A DNA stretch of 58,627 nt, filler included, from Trypethelium eluteriae (GCA_051942245.1; 4 parts of 4 records of this genome joined end to end with filler, not necessarily neighbours in it); one strand, 5' to 3'; counted from the whole stretch's first letter, positions 11,537 through 24,640 are shown. Translations and numbers: made by a program. The notes: generated by a model not told the origin, from the sequence alone.

Positions 11537-13839
11537 TTAGAGTTGGAGAACCTCTCCCCAAACATGCCAATCCCCTTTCAATCCATTTGGCTTCCACTTG
11601 AAAGTCAGCGGTAGCACCGCTTCCCCAGCTGGGAGAGCTTCATGCGCAATACGGACCTCGTGTATCCTGCTTACCTCCTCAGGCCGATCCTGCGGCAAGC
11701 TGTGTTGGATTCTACTCGTTGTGGTATTTCTAGACATTTCGGACGGCCAGATTGTACCATTGGCGCTGCCATCGAAACTGACACGGGCGGAGTTGAAGTG
11801 CAGAGTGTCACGAACACTACCTGATATCAGGGGCGACCGATCGATTGAAGATTTGGCCTGCCGCCCAGATGAGCTGTGACTCTGGTAGCCGTAACCTTGG
11901 CGAACATAATTTAGTCTAAGCTCTGAGGGGAGAGATAGCTCTTGCTGAGGTTCGTCACTTGGAGCACCACCACTAGCGATGCTGGTAAGATTGTTGATGG
12001 TGCCGCTGGTCAAGGCCGTAGTCAGCTTTGATTTCAGCTCCGCACGCTGCTCAAGCCCATCCGCATTGCTCAAGTCGTGCGCGTGGTGTTCTCTTGCTGC
12101 GGTTATGGGGTACCGCGATGCAGGAATGTAAGCAGCTGGCCTATCTTGATCTTCTGCGAACAAATTTAGACACGCGCTATTTGTTTTTATTTCCCCCTGC
12201 AAGGTCAGCTGGGGCAGCTCGCGGGTAACAAAAGATCGGCCGTGTGTGCCCCCCCTGCGAGCGTGCAGATACAAGCCGTGTTCTTCATGAATCAAGACCC
12301 TTTCGGCTACTCGACCGATGCGATAGGCGTCCCAGAGACCTTCACGGCGTGGCGAAGAGAGAAGTAGATCAATGGCACGCCTCCGAATGACCGGATGACG
12401 GCATTTGAAGCCTACGAGGCAGAGCGGTGGTATTGTGCCCATCTCGAAAGAGAAGGGTGAACTATGCTCCTTTGACTTGGTAGTTGTGTCAATAACAGAG
12501 GCTGCCAAATTGACCAACTCGTTGAAATTGGCCGTGTAGTCATCAAATGCGGTCTCATTCACATTTAAGCATGTGCTCAACCAGATATAAACCGCTCCAT
12601 GTTGCAGCCGGAGCAAGTCGGCGGCTACTTTTTCGTCTCTTGTAAGCTCCTTTCGCTTCAACAACCAGTCCTCAAAGGCACGCCGCCAAAAATTTAAGCC
12701 TGCAATGATGGAGTTTTGCTTTCTGTAATGTGTTGCAGCAGTGGCCAGGTTATATTTTGCCTCGATAGTGATCCTTACGAATGATAGAGCGGGGCCCATT
12801 TTGACATTAAGCGCATCTCTTGCTCCGTTCAAGTTGGAGAAGGATGCTGGCATCGACTGGTCCTCATCTTCAAGTTCGGTTTTATCGGTCTGTAATAGTG
12901 GTGCCGGACGGAAGAACAAGCCGCATAAAATTCGTAATCGTGCGAACATTGCTACGACAACTTCTTCAATCACCTCCGCACCAGAGAAATCTGGCAACTG
13001 GCTGCTCTTGGTTCTTGGCGAATCTCGGCTTAGACTCTTAGCTCTCATGCGCAGGATCGCACACCCACTGTGTATGTGCGCCATTGCGGCGTCAATATCA
13101 CGTCGTAAGAATTCCAAACAGACAAAAAGTATGCACGCCACAAGTGGCACACAGACTGAGTGGACATCGTTGTCTAATTTGGCAGATAGTGACTTCATCG
13201 CCGCGTTATATGATTCTAACGCAACATCATATCCTTTAGCGGAATATGGAGGATTGGAGTGGGAACTGGTCTCAAACTGTTCGTACATACAAGATAAGGC
13301 CGCAATTGCGTGGATCACGCATGGCTCACTATGACTGAGCTGGAGTATGAGGCGATTCCAGAAAAGGCTGTCAAAGTGTCCCGATATTTTTGGCGCCATT
13401 GAATAATGGTAGAATTCGAGGGATCGCTTTTGGTGAAGGCCGCTTGGCAGACTATAGAGCTGTCTGGATACGGGCATGGGCTCTATTCTCAATAGACCAT
13501 CTGGTGGGGTCTCCGAACGGCTGCTACCAAACCATCGTCTTTTTTGAAGAGCAGGATAGCCGTCACATTTCCTTCCTGTGTCTGCGCATCTTAAACCTGT
13601 CAGAGTGGGAAAAAGAGGAGTGTAAAAACAGTTGATACAGCGACTGTACCTTCGACACGCCGGCTTTGCTTCGTCACATTTTACCCGCCTTATCCTGACC
13701 GATTGTGAACATCCTGCCTTCGTGCGCTGATGGATTAGACGTACTTGCATGTCGCACATCCTGTTCTTGTCTTCTTATGTCCGATACCTGGCCGGCGAAG
13801 CAATGGATAGGAAGGCTCGGCGTGCACATTGTCGCTCAT
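11537..13839 (-). CDS. Zn(II)2Cys6 transcription factor with fungal-specific TF domain
   Basis: Spliced N-terminus reads MSDNV...KKTRTGCATCK/IRRVKCDEAKPACR/RCADTGRKCDGY with two introns inside the zinc cluster. Downstream FWNRLILQLSHSEPCVIHAIAAL and KCRHPVIRRRAIDLL...RREGLWD are typical of this group. Confidence 0.9.
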
Positions 13840-14103
13840 AGTGATTGTCGACTTATTGCCACTCAAGAGACAGTGTCGCTGAGTACGTACCTTACGTCCA
13901 ATACGTCGGCTACTCGACAGCTTTAAAGCACAGCTGCCACTTAGCAGCTCAGCCCCGTGCAGGGATAGTTCTCACATCTGAAATTAACAACTCAGCCCCC
14001 GAATCTAGCCCCAGCTTCGACGGGGCGTGCTCGTGCTAGTAATGGGGTGTGGTCTTAGTGTTAGCTTGGGTGTGGCGTGTACTTACGCCGCCAGAGCCTA
14101 GAG

Positions 14104-14288
14104 TACCTTACCGCGATTGAGGGGTTCCTCAACTGGTAATTAATACAATGTTACCTCAGTTTAATTGTTATGACCGTGTTGGCCCATGTTAAGGCGGCGT
14201 TAACATGGGCCAACAAGGTCGCCTCAGGAGGGTTGAAACAACATTGTATTGATTATCAGTTGAGGAAGCCCCCAACCGCAATAAGGTA
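14104..14288. mobile_element. Palindromic MITE-like foldback element flanked by TA
   Basis: Outer inverted arms 14106-14152 and 14240-14286 match at 40/47 nt. Inner arms 14172-14192 and 14200-14220 match at 20/21 nt around a 7-nt loop. TA dinucleotides lie immediately outside both ends. Non-coding. Confidence 0.65.
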
Positions 14289-14615
14289 GGTTTGCTTACT
14301 AACCGCTTATCTCTAAAAGTGGAAAAGGAAACGGATATATGTACTACTAACTCTACCTGTTGCCAATGAACAAACTTGCGTGAAACGTTGAAGGCCCCCT
14401 CATCTGCTTATCGACATTCGACGAATACTACAAAAGAACCATAAACATTTCAGAAAGCTTCAATATGTAAATCTACCTTTCATTCACTGCATAAAGCCGA
14501 TAAATCACATTCGAGCATTGGAGCTAGGCTCATTTGCGTACTGGTGTTTTTTCATTTTCTATAAAAATTTGAAAGAAATTCTCTAAACCGCAGACTTTCC
14601 ATTCTCCCCCAAACC

Positions 14616-14715
14616 NNNNNNNNNNNNNNNNNNNNNNNNNNNNNNNNNNNNNNNNNNNNTTAATTAATTAANNNNNNNNNNNNNNNNNNNNNNNNNNNNN
14701 NNNNNNNNNNNNNNN
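14616..14715. other. Artificial spacer/join (N44-TTAATTAATTAA-N44)
   Basis: N run with a six-frame stop linker; identical to the spacers at 29326 and 43990. Confidence 0.97.
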
Positions 14716-16743
14716 GAATTCGGAGGTCGGCGTTGAGCACATGGGAGTGCCCCAGCCGTTGCCATCGAGGCGGTCGAAGTTCAGGCTGTAGTAGTCGGTG
14801 GCTTCTTTCTTGTCTTTTTTGAGGGACAAAGGCGCGGGGGTGGGCTGCGGAGTGCGTTCGTTGAACTCTTCTATCTTGACCGGTCTGTTCTGGCTGAGAA
14901 GGTTGAGCCTCCCAAGTCTGGCGATCAGTTTAAAGAGCCGGCCTTCGCAACCAGACAGATGTTCAAGTGATCCGAGATTTTGAGAATAGTCCAGCATGTC
15001 AAGGCTAGCACTCTGAATTTGTGTTTCCCGGTCATTGACGGTTGAAGTCATGACATCGAACCAGGCAAAGAACATCTCGATCCATCCAATGAAATTGGAC
15101 TGGAGACCACTTTCTCGCATGCTGAGAAGTTTTTGTACACCTGCGAGCTGAGTCTTGAATTTGGAGAAGCCGCTATCGGATACATGGAATAGACACAATA
15201 TCAGAAGCGTGGCCAGCACAGCATCATCCCTGGCTCGAGATGGATCCGCAAGTTGAGCATTCAACATGTTGATAGATGCAGCCTTGTAATGGAGCTCTTC
15301 AGGCGTAGGATCACCATGCACTTTTCGATTTTCCTGCGCCGCGTATTTGGAAGTCCCTTGTGTAGCTGGAAAGGGGTTCTGCTGTTCAAAGCCAAGTAAT
15401 GCCGTTTCCTTGCCACCGCGCATGCGAATGTTGTTCACAACAAGTGCTGAGATGGCGTTTTGGAGCCCCTCATTTGTCATGGCCAGATGCAACACCTGCG
15501 AACGGTATGGATTATCCGAACCGTCAAAGGCGACCAAGACGGAGCAAATGTGCTTGGAATAATAATCCAGCAGGAACTGCGTCCGGGGAGACAAATGAAA
15601 GAGATTTGTAGGCATCGCATTGCGCGGTAACAGGGACATGGAGTTCTCAGAGAAGTTCGCTCCATCCTCTTGCTTCTGATTTTCGTCAACATTGGGGCCG
15701 TAGAAACCAAGGTGGAGACCATCCGTACTCATCTGCATACTGTTCATGTCCGAGCTATAGAGCAAGTCTGATAAGCTCGCTGCGCCGACTGATCCGGGAT
15801 GCATTTGATTTTGAGCATTGTCCGGAAATTCTTGCATTGGTTGTGTGGCTGGAACGTTGGCAGCTGCCACATTCAGCTGATCGGCAAACGATACAGGAGG
15901 ACCATCACCAAACGGGAGGCTTTCATTTGAGTCCATCGAGCTGGGCTGATTCGCATATGGATTCGAGTGCATGTTGAGCAATGGATCAACGAATGGAACA
16001 TCACTTGGTGTGTGCGGGTATTCAACGGGAGATCCATAATTGCTATCCGTATAGGCGCTCAATGAACCAGTGGAGGCAGACAGAGGAGGCTCATCATAAA
16101 CCGGCGAGAAGGATGTGTGTAGGTTGTGTAAAGAGGGATGTTGGAAAGGGTGACGCCGTTTCGGTGGCTCATGAGAGGAGCTATAATTTGCTAGATGTGC
16201 AGAAAATCCAGGCACCTGCCAGCCCTGTTGAAGTCCCGCCGAATTAGGAATTGGAATTGGATGTGTCGGGCTTGGGTTTGCGTTGATGAAATTATACTGC
16301 GGTGGATATGGAGGCGCAGAATTGGGAGCGGAAGTGGGAATAGAGGTTGGCGTCGACCTCGTATCTATCGTCAAGCCTCTTGCAGCAGCCGAGACCTTAG
16401 CGACAGGCTTTTTACTTGCTGCGGACGCATCTCTGGTGTCAATTGGGCTTGAAGTTGGCGTCGAAGTTGGAGATGGTTTCTTCGCCACTGGCAACGAGAG
16501 ACCTCGCAGTTTTCCTCTACTGGCGACGCCCACACCCCAGGTCAAAGTGGTCTTATATCCTGAACAGTCTTTGCCTTGCTCAATGCATTGCGTGCAGTAT
16601 GGTCGTCTCCGATCACACTTGGCTCCACGTTTGCGGCAGGCGAAGCAGTCCTCGGTTGCTCCCGTTGTCGGCGCTCTTCTCCGCCGCTTTCGGGGTCCTT
16701 CAGCAGATGTGGCGGATTTCATGGTCTGAATGGATGACGCCAT
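14716..16743 (-). CDS. Zn(II)2Cys6 transcription factor, Acr-2 (acriflavine sensitivity control)-like; 3' end truncated by the spacer
   Basis: TEDCFACRKRGAKCDRRRPYCTQCIEQGKDCSGYKTTLTWGVGVASRGKLRGLSLP, plus a fungal TF domain (DDAVLATLLILCLFHVSDSG, FFAWFDVM). The ORF runs into the N gap. Confidence 0.85.
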
Positions 16744-18948
16744 GGATCATGAGCTTGGTGAGCTGGGTGAGCTTGATGAGCTACCAGTGGTGCGGGAACG
16801 AACGAGTCTTCGGCGGAATAAAGCAGGAAGCTATGGTGTTGCGGTAGCATGCAGCAGGCACGTAAGTAAAGGTTGAATGAGCGTGTGAGTATGTGGGCAT
16901 GCGTGTTAGAAACGTCGACGACGGGAATGCCCTGCCCCAAGGATGGCTCGTCTGCAGATATGGACCAAGCTTAACACTGCGGCCACCAGGATGCCTTTAG
17001 CCATGCCGCGGCCTTGGGGGAAAATCGAGCAGTGTCTCAGGGTCTGCGTGCTGTGGCTTGAAGCAGATATGAAAGGATAGCGCTACAGGGGAGGATGAAC
17101 CAGCAGGGTTGCGAATTGCACGGCGAATGAACAACCACTCTTCACTGCTGCCCCTGTCAGGCCAGCCCTCCTGGCCGCACACTACTGACCCTCTTCTCCA
17201 CCCTCCACAGCCAGCAACGTTGGAGGCGCGCTCGCCAGTGCCCGTGCTGGCCTTCTGAGCATCCGCACGCCCTCTTCGCACATCAGCCGGTGAAGGGGCG
17301 CACCAGGCGTTGGAGCGTTGGAGCGATGGAGCAGCAGCAGCAAAGCCCTCGGCTCTTGCTTTCTCTCCAGCAATTCCCAGGAGGGCAGTGAGGGAAAAGG
17401 CGACGGTTACATCGGTCATTCTCGCCGCTCGCCGATCAGCGAGGCAGACGATGAGCGAAGTGTGCAGATGGACAAGATAGCGCCGCCGCTGGACCTTGCG
17501 CAACCCACGACGCCAGCTGGGTGGCGCCACAGGTTAATGCACCAATCGCCATCCAGCACGGGAGATTGGCAGGATTTGGAATGGTCAAGTCCGTCGGTCT
17601 CTGAGCCGAGTGAGGCCCACGACATCCATCCGCCATCCGCCAACAGCGTCAAGCGAAGACGGTCGTGCCCTGGCCGATCGACGCGCCCAAACTCCCACAG
17701 GGTCGAAAAGCATGTTAACCTGGTTGTCGCAGAAAGCTGGCTTTGGGGGGTCAGATGCTCGGTCTTCTAGTGCTCCTGTGCAGCCGTTTCAGCTCGAATC
17801 AGATAGGACGGAAGCCAGATGCATGGAAGCAAACGACCCGTTAGCCCGCCAAACAGGTCGTCTGCTCGGCCGTGGCGTTGACCTCTAATGCATGGAAGGA
17901 TGCAAGAACAATCAGCCGTTCTTCTGGTGCGCTTCGGGGCGCTCCACCTTCGGTGAGCTAGGATGAAAGCGTGCTGGGCACCCCTCTTAACCCGTTATCT
18001 TAAGCTCTGCCCTTGGCTTTGTTGTTGCTATGTACTATTATTATTGGGCTTGTTCGTTCAGGAACCGATGTGGGAGCAACAAGCATCCGACGTGATCCAC
18101 ACCCCCCGAATCTGCCCTGTCCTGTCTCGCCAAAGCTGAGACTTGGGGAAAAGTATATCATTGTGACCGTGAGATGATGGGATGGGATGGAATGGAATGG
18201 AATATGCCGTCTGGTCCGGGACTGCATCGTTTCGCAAGGAAAGACCGTTCCATGGGTGTGCTTTCGTCTCACCCAGCACTTCCTCTCCTGCGTGGGCGGA
18301 CAAAAAACCAATCTCCTGGGAGAGTCTCATGCAATAATTGCTCGAAAGACGACATCGGCACAGCGCAGTGCGCGAGTGCCTTACGTTTGTCTGCACAGCG
18401 CACGTTGGCCGGACCGTTATTGAGCCTTGAAGATCCTTGCTGAAGAAGGCGTACCTAGCTCCTGAGATAAGACTTTGCGGCGCCGCCTAAAGAAGCCGCA
18501 TCCCACTCTCTTGCCCATCATCCCATGACGGTGACTTATCCCAAGCCGTAAGGCTACCACCGACTGTGGGGGTTTGGAGGTAGGACCGGGCAAACTTCAA
18601 ACCCAGCACAACGTCTGTAACCCGGCATTGTGGGAGTCTATATTGAATCTGACTGCATCGGACGCGCCTGTGCATGGCCGGCGTCCTTCCAGCTTGTTGG
18701 TGTCAATGAACAGAACCGTGCCATCGATGCCAACATGACCATGACATCCTCACCTGCGATTCATTCGCTTAGCCGTCTGACTCGGAGAAAGGGACTTCGC
18801 CTCTTGCGCTTCTCATGGGGGTGGCGTTCGAAAAAGCAACTCAGTTACACGACAAAAAAATCGAACCACATCACAAAGCCTGCCCACGATAAGAAAGCTG
18901 CAAGCGCTTGGATTCTAGCACGGAGCACACTCTCAAGCTGGTCAAGCC

Positions 18949-20589
18949 TTATGAGCTCAGAAAGCTTGTTACAAAGTTAGCCACCTCTTTGGCCTTTTCC
19001 ACCATAGGTAAATGTCCGGCTCCGTCGATGACTCTATATACCGCACCCTTACCATACTCTTGGGACATCTCTTTCATTGTGTCCGGCAAGACTCCATCCC
19101 CGCTTCCTACCAAGAACGCTGCTTTAACGCGTGAACCTTTCATCTCATCCTTGATATCATACTCGTACAAGGCCTGCACACCCTTTTTGAACCCTTCAAG
19201 ACTATTGTCGTGCACCATCTGCTTGACCTTTCCTATCTTTGCTTCCATAGCTCCTCCGTCATAGCTCTCTTTGACAAACCATCTTCTTACCGTCATCTCT
19301 GCCAATTGCTCACCCACCACTTTCTCATCTGACTGCGCTTTTGCACCTTCCTTTTCAGCCACCTCGATTCTTTCTCCCCATGCCTTTGGGTTAGAGGGAG
19401 GAGCTTTTGCGTTGGTATCACAAGAAACGAACGCACCAACTCGATCGGGATACTTGAGGGCTGCATTCAGGGCTGTAGCACCTCCCAGACTGACACCCAC
19501 TAGTGCCGTGGCTTTGGGCACGCGAAGCGCATCGAGCAGCTCTATGACATCTGATGCGAGAACGTCCAAGCTAATTCTTACCGTGCCGCACTTCTTTGAT
19601 CGACCTCTGGTGTCATATCGTAATATGCGATACTTCGCGTTGCCTGGCGTTGAAAGAATAGCGTCCACAAACTCGTCCCAGATGCCCCATTCAACTAAGA
19701 TCGAATTGCTGAGAACAATGAGAGGTGCATCCGGCTCACTGGAACCCTCTAATCGATACGGAATCTCTGCCCCATCTCGAGTCGTAAGGTACGATTCAAT
19801 CACACCCCAGTGACCCTGAGTCGGGGGCTTCGTCTTTGTCTTGGAATCCGTATGCGACCAGTCCGTCACAAGCGAAGTCAAGTCTCGTGGACACGGCCCA
19901 AAGGTATAGTACAAACTGTACTCACGCCTCGATTTCTCAGCGACGATTTCTTGCATTACCTTGTCTCTCCACGATGTACTCGTTGCTGTCTTGTACTCTT
20001 CGCTTGAGTTGAGCCCATTCTTGGGAGCATAGTCATGCAAAGCTAGATGTTCCATCTTTCCGCTGTCATCCACTGCTGAGGTAAGGAAGCGTCTTGATCG
20101 TCGCCAGCCGGGCACTTTGGCCAGCAGAGGGATATGTTCCTCAGTATACCATTTTTCCAGCTCCTTCATATCCTTTCCGGGCTTCACTGTCATGCCTACA
20201 GCAAGAATAAGGTTTTCCTCTCCTACGTTCTTGATATCTTCCAGTTGCCTGAAGCCATCGCCTTGTTTTGTCTCCACGAGATCAAACATTCTCCGGTCAA
20301 TCACGACATTATTTTTCACATCAAGCTCTCTCTGGCTGGCCACACCCGGTAGTCTCAACTTCGTGTATGACTCTTTATTTGCGAGATCTGCAGTATCATC
20401 GAAATCATAAATAGCCATCCACTCTGGCTCCTCCTTATCAGTGGCCCGGTAACGGAAGCCGTTCTGGCAGTATGGTAGGCGAACTCGTAGGGGGCCATGC
20501 TCGTTGTTGTACCAGTCATGGAATTGGTCGGCAGCAAGGGAAGCAGCCGGCTGCATCTTGACATAGAGAACCCCTGGTTTCGGTGCCAT
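18949..20589 (-). CDS. chdA: Probable 3-carboxymuconolactone hydrolase/decarboxylase: tandem EthD-like N-terminal domains fused to a PcaD-like alpha/beta hydrolase
   Basis: Two EthD-like repeats (FHDWYNNEHGPLR, LEKWYTEEHIPLL). Hydrolase nucleophile GVSLGG, YDTRGRS and C-terminal GAGHLPMVE. Lies next to cmcA and prcA. Confidence 0.8.
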   Translation of the reverse strand: MAPKPGVLYVKMQPAASLAADQFHDWYNNEHGPLRVRLPYCQNGFRYRATDKEEPEWMAIYDFDDTADLANKESYTKLRLPGVASQRELDVKNNVVIDRRMFDLVETKQGDGFRQLEDIKNVGEENLILAVGMTVKPGKDMKELEKWYTEEHIPLLAKVPGWRRSRRFLTSAVDDSGKMEHLALHDYAPKNGLNSSEEYKTATSTSWRDKVMQEIVAEKSRREYSLYYTFGPCPRDLTSLVTDWSHTDSKTKTKPPTQGHWGVIESYLTTRDGAEIPYRLEGSSEPDAPLIVLSNSILVEWGIWDEFVDAILSTPGNAKYRILRYDTRGRSKKCGTVRISLDVLASDVIELLDALRVPKATALVGVSLGGATALNAALKYPDRVGAFVSCDTNAKAPPSNPKAWGERIEVAEKEGAKAQSDEKVVGEQLAEMTVRRWFVKESYDGGAMEAKIGKVKQMVHDNSLEGFKKGVQALYEYDIKDEMKGSRVKAAFLVGSGDGVLPDTMKEMSQEYGKGAVYRVIDGAGHLPMVEKAKEVANFVTSFLSS

Positions 20590-21059
20590 CTTGTCAGCCG
20601 TCCGAGTGCTCGTCCAGAATAGCAGGATCTCCTCGCGTCGGATGTTCCAAAGGTGGGAACGATTGCTATGGAAGCTTTGGGCCAGAACTCTACAGACAGT
20701 TGGGAAAGATACATGTACGGGATGGATGACACTTCTTGGAGGATCTTCGCCCGGTTCTTACTACCGAATGGAACGTCACAATTTATTTCTTTTCATGGAT
20801 ATAACGCTGAATAACTTTCTCCGATTCTATTCGTCCCAATCCAGCTTCGCACTGGGTCAGTCGGCTTAGTGCTCGGGATGTGTAATGGCGGGGTGGTGGG
20901 GCATGCTTCGAAGCCTACCTACATATCTGGCGTAGCTTCCACCTTGCACAGACTCCGTTTCAGTATCCGCGATCGAATTACCATTTGAGAAGGGTAAGTA
21001 GCTAAGAATTCCACTAGGCGGCGATCTCTCTTTGGTATACCTGTCTACGCGTGATCAAA

Positions 21060-22272
21060 TCAATCATACCAAATAGCATTCATGCCGAATCCGGGCTCCT
21101 TTATATCACAATGCGCAACCCTCGCGAGAAATTCGTCTTGCCATCGATATATCTCCACCCAACCCTCCTGATCATCCGTCAAAGCCAACCACTCATCGCT
21201 CCAGTCGCAGGGACTCACAGCGTTCGAATGACCTCCACTTGTGGGAGTAGGGTTCATGCATATCTGTCGCTCAATTTGACCTACCGATCCAAGCTTAAAA
21301 GCGGAGATGTAACCTGTAGTATCAAAGGTGTTCGAGCGTGCGGTAGCGAAGAGGTATTTTCCACTATACGACACCGCGCAGACGTCAGAACGGTAGTTCT
21401 TGTTGCGAAGATCTAAGCTCGGAGGAATCAGAGGGTATGTATTATGCGTGAACACGGGAACGTGGCTCCTTTCGTCAATCACATATTCCGCCAAGTTGTT
21501 TCCTGTCTCCATGAGAGCATAGAGATATTTTCCACTTGGGTGGATGGCTACCCATCGCGGATGGTCTCCTGCTTTTGGGGCATCGAGACTATCGACGAGA
21601 GTCAAATGCCCTGTACTCGAATCTTTCTTATGTGTCCAGATTTTGTCCGCCCACATGTCTGCTGAATACAGGTAGGTTTCGGTGGGGTCGAATACCATGC
21701 CATGAATGGAGGAATTTGGGCTGTATTCGTAATTCTGGATGTTCGCATGCAGCGAGCCCTTTCCGTCTACCGAGAAGACGTTGCCGAAGCCTGCATAATC
21801 GTAGAACGGATTCCCATAAACTGCATAAGGAGGCTTTTTGGCTGCAAGAACGAAAATGGCTCTCGTCTTCGTCTTTGAGCTCGCTGCTTGTGCTGTAGAG
21901 TTCTCAGTTTCTGCTCATGCGGATGCTAGGATTGGCCCACTCACGGTCATGTTGCATTGGATGCGAAGCACGGTGGAAGATATGGGAAGGATTGACAACT
22001 TCATGGCTTGACCATTTCTTCATTGATGCGCCATAGATGTTCTTCTTCGCGTGCTATGTATGCCCCACTTATCTTAACTCAATGCATCTCTGACAAGGTG
22101 AAGTTCAGCCACTAACATCGAACGTCATCCAGGATATCGGCTCGTCGACGGGAATGCTCGTCCTCCTGATCAGCTTCAAAGTCAATGCTACATCGTCGAA
22201 CTCGACGGTGAAGATGGCGCCTGGAGGAGTCCAAGTCCCCACCATTAGATGGTGCAGCATTTTGTTGCTCAT
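21060..22272 (-). CDS. cmcA: 3-carboxy-cis,cis-muconate cyclase (lactonizing enzyme, beta-propeller), 2 introns
   Basis: N-terminus MLHHLMVGTWTPPGAIFTVEFDD...DEPISWMTFD and C-terminus PTPTSGGHSNAVSPCDWSDEWLALTDDQEGW...EPGFGMNAIWYD closely match the Neurospora CMLE as I recall it. The start may be 22272 or 22260. Confidence 0.93.
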
Positions 22273-22843
22273 AGAATACAAGACGAAGTAGAATAGCAAA
22301 AGCGGACCGATCGATTTCGAGTTTGCTTTGTACAGTACCTAAAAATATACGAATCAGTCCCTGACTAAAAACTACATCATTACTGGTGCTTGGTCTGGAA
22401 AAAGCCGATCTCTCAACCGAAAATGGCCTCGAGTCCAGCCCACATAGTGGGCACATGGTGGGGCAAATCCGGGGAAGGCTGGCGGCAAGTGGCATGGACA
22501 AATTCCATTTTCTCCAGAATCTCAATTGAATGGCTGAATCCCGATGGTTGTTTGCGAGGATCCGCGCATGCATGCCGAGTCATCCTGCCAGTTTCAAAAT
22601 AGCTCTGACGGATGACGACTGCGGCAAAATATACGCATGCTATTCAAGTGTGAGGAGAAGCCGACTAATTTGCCGCCTGGATGCGGAGGTGTAACATAAA
22701 ATGATAAAGGCTTTGCTCTCGGGGATTTCCCTAACCTAAACATCTATTGATACTTTCCGCGGAAGCCTCAAATACCTCGAGCTCAAATCATTGATCCCCA
22801 AGCTACCTATACTCAACCCTCCGTCGCAATCACCAAACCAGAC

Positions 22844-23797
22844 ATGGCTTTCAACTCTTCGAAATTCGATCCTAACTTCACCGACAATGTCATCAATGCC
22901 ATTGGTCCCAAAACGTCGGACCGGGCGAAGTTTGTCCTTTCTTCGCTGATCAGGCATGTCCATGACTTCGCACGCGAAGTCGAGCTGACTACGGACGAAT
23001 GGATGGCGGGTGTCTTGTTCATGAATGCTGTAGGTCAAATAAGTGATTCCAAGAGAAATGAGGGCCAGCGGATATCCGATGTGCTTGGGCTTGAATCGTG
23101 AGTAGTGACGAGGAGCTATCTGTCCCGCTGTGATGTGCTAATTGCCCATGTCAGACTCGTCGACGAGATTGCACACAAGATTGCACTCGAGACCGATGAC
23201 ATCCCCACCTCCTCTTCCATTCTTGGCCCATTCTGGAGTCCCAATGCTCCATTCCGTAACAATGGAGAGTCTATCATCCACGAGCTGCCGAAAGATGGGA
23301 GAGTCACCCTCATGCACGGAACAGTCAACGATCTCATCACCAAAAAGCCAATTGGGAACGCAGTCTTCGATATCTGGCAAGCTTCATCAAACGGCAAATA
23401 CGACTTTCAGGATCCAGAAAATCAATCTGACAACAACTTGAGAGGGAAATTCAGAACTGATGAAAACGGAAGATACCACTTCTACTGTCTGCATCCAACG
23501 GCTTACTCGCTGCCAACCGACGGACCTGCCTTCAAGCTTCTGAATCTGCTTGATAGACACCCAATGCGTCCCGCCCACATCCACCTCATGGTCAGCCACG
23601 ATTCGTACAAGCCGGTCACGACGCAGATCTTCCCTAAGGATGACCCATATTTGGAGACGGACACTGTCTTCGCAGTAAAGGATGACCTCGTTGTTGACTT
23701 CAAGCCTCTCCAGGGTGACCCGAAGGCTTCGCTCGAGCTTGAGTACAACGTCAAGCTTGCACCCAGGGACATTGCTCCAGCCTCTGCCCATCTATGA
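22844..23797 (+). CDS. prcA: Intradiol ring-cleavage dioxygenase, protocatechuate 3,4-dioxygenase type
   Basis: [17 protein letters not shown]...DVLGLES/LVDEIA across intron 23098-23154. [13 protein letters not shown], with Fe ligands in GKYD, TAYSLP and RPAHIH. Divergent from cmcA. Confidence 0.88.
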
Positions 23798-24065
23798 TCT
23801 TTAATGGATAGGGTCATTTGGTTTGACCTATTTTGTATGTGACGACTTACGCTAAAGATGATCGTTCTGGAGGTTTCTTGACAACATCATGAAGCGGCGT
23901 TCTATTTCACGGATTTGTGTTTCCAGTGACGGTGCTTCCTGGTTGTGGGTCATAATTGGGTAGTCGCCTAAGCGCTTGCATTGTTGTTCGTTTTGCCGCT
24001 TGTTGAGCAGTACTGGAGAACACCATACTAGAAGTAGAAGTCTGAGCAGTAAAATGAAACGTGAT

Positions 24066-24640
24066 TCATTTGTCGTTCCAATCTGCGATGTTAGCCATGT
24101 CGAATCGCACCCGATCGGCGGGTATGTGGAATAAAGCGCACGTTTTGACGCTTTGGTCAGGGACGTCGCTGAGCTTCCTGGAGCAGTGTAAGCAAAAAAC
24201 GTCATGTTGCAGCGTATCCAGGGTTCTGCCAAGGTTTTCTCCATAAGCAACAAAATGGCGTGGATGGGGAGCACCCCAGCCAAGGGGCTTCAGAGAATCG
24301 GTGATGGACGGCAAGAATGGTCCCGAGCGGAATCTGCAACAGATGGCAATGTGCAATCGCGATGTCGCCACCCCTGCTAATTTCCCAGCCAGCGCTTGGT
24401 TCCATGCCCATCTTCCGCTCGAGCGACGTCTGAGCACCTCCTGAACCGTTAGAAGACATTGTAGGTGAGCTCCAGCTTTAGTGCCATGGACAATTAAAAG
24501 ATTGGAGCAAAATATACAAAGGGGAAAAGCTGGAACGACCTCTCTTGAGCAAGCCCATCGAAAAGATAGCAAATCCTGTGCAGTCAACTTCTCCATGATC
24601 AGCGATCACCTCCAGGGTCATCCAGGCTCGATGGCTCCCT
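24066..24640 (-). pseudogene. Possible frameshifted F-box gene remnant
   Basis: Across apparent frameshifts the sequence reads SLDD-P-EVI-LIMEKLTAQDLLSFRWACSR, resembling an F-box. The rest of the 176-aa ORF has no recognisable domain. Confidence 0.25.

Noticed and set aside
16997..18980. Many overlapping 60-180 aa ORFs and a GATGG/AATGG microsatellite upstream of the Acr-2-like gene
   Set aside because: No domain motifs; consistent with a long GC-rich 5' or regulatory region and a simple repeat.
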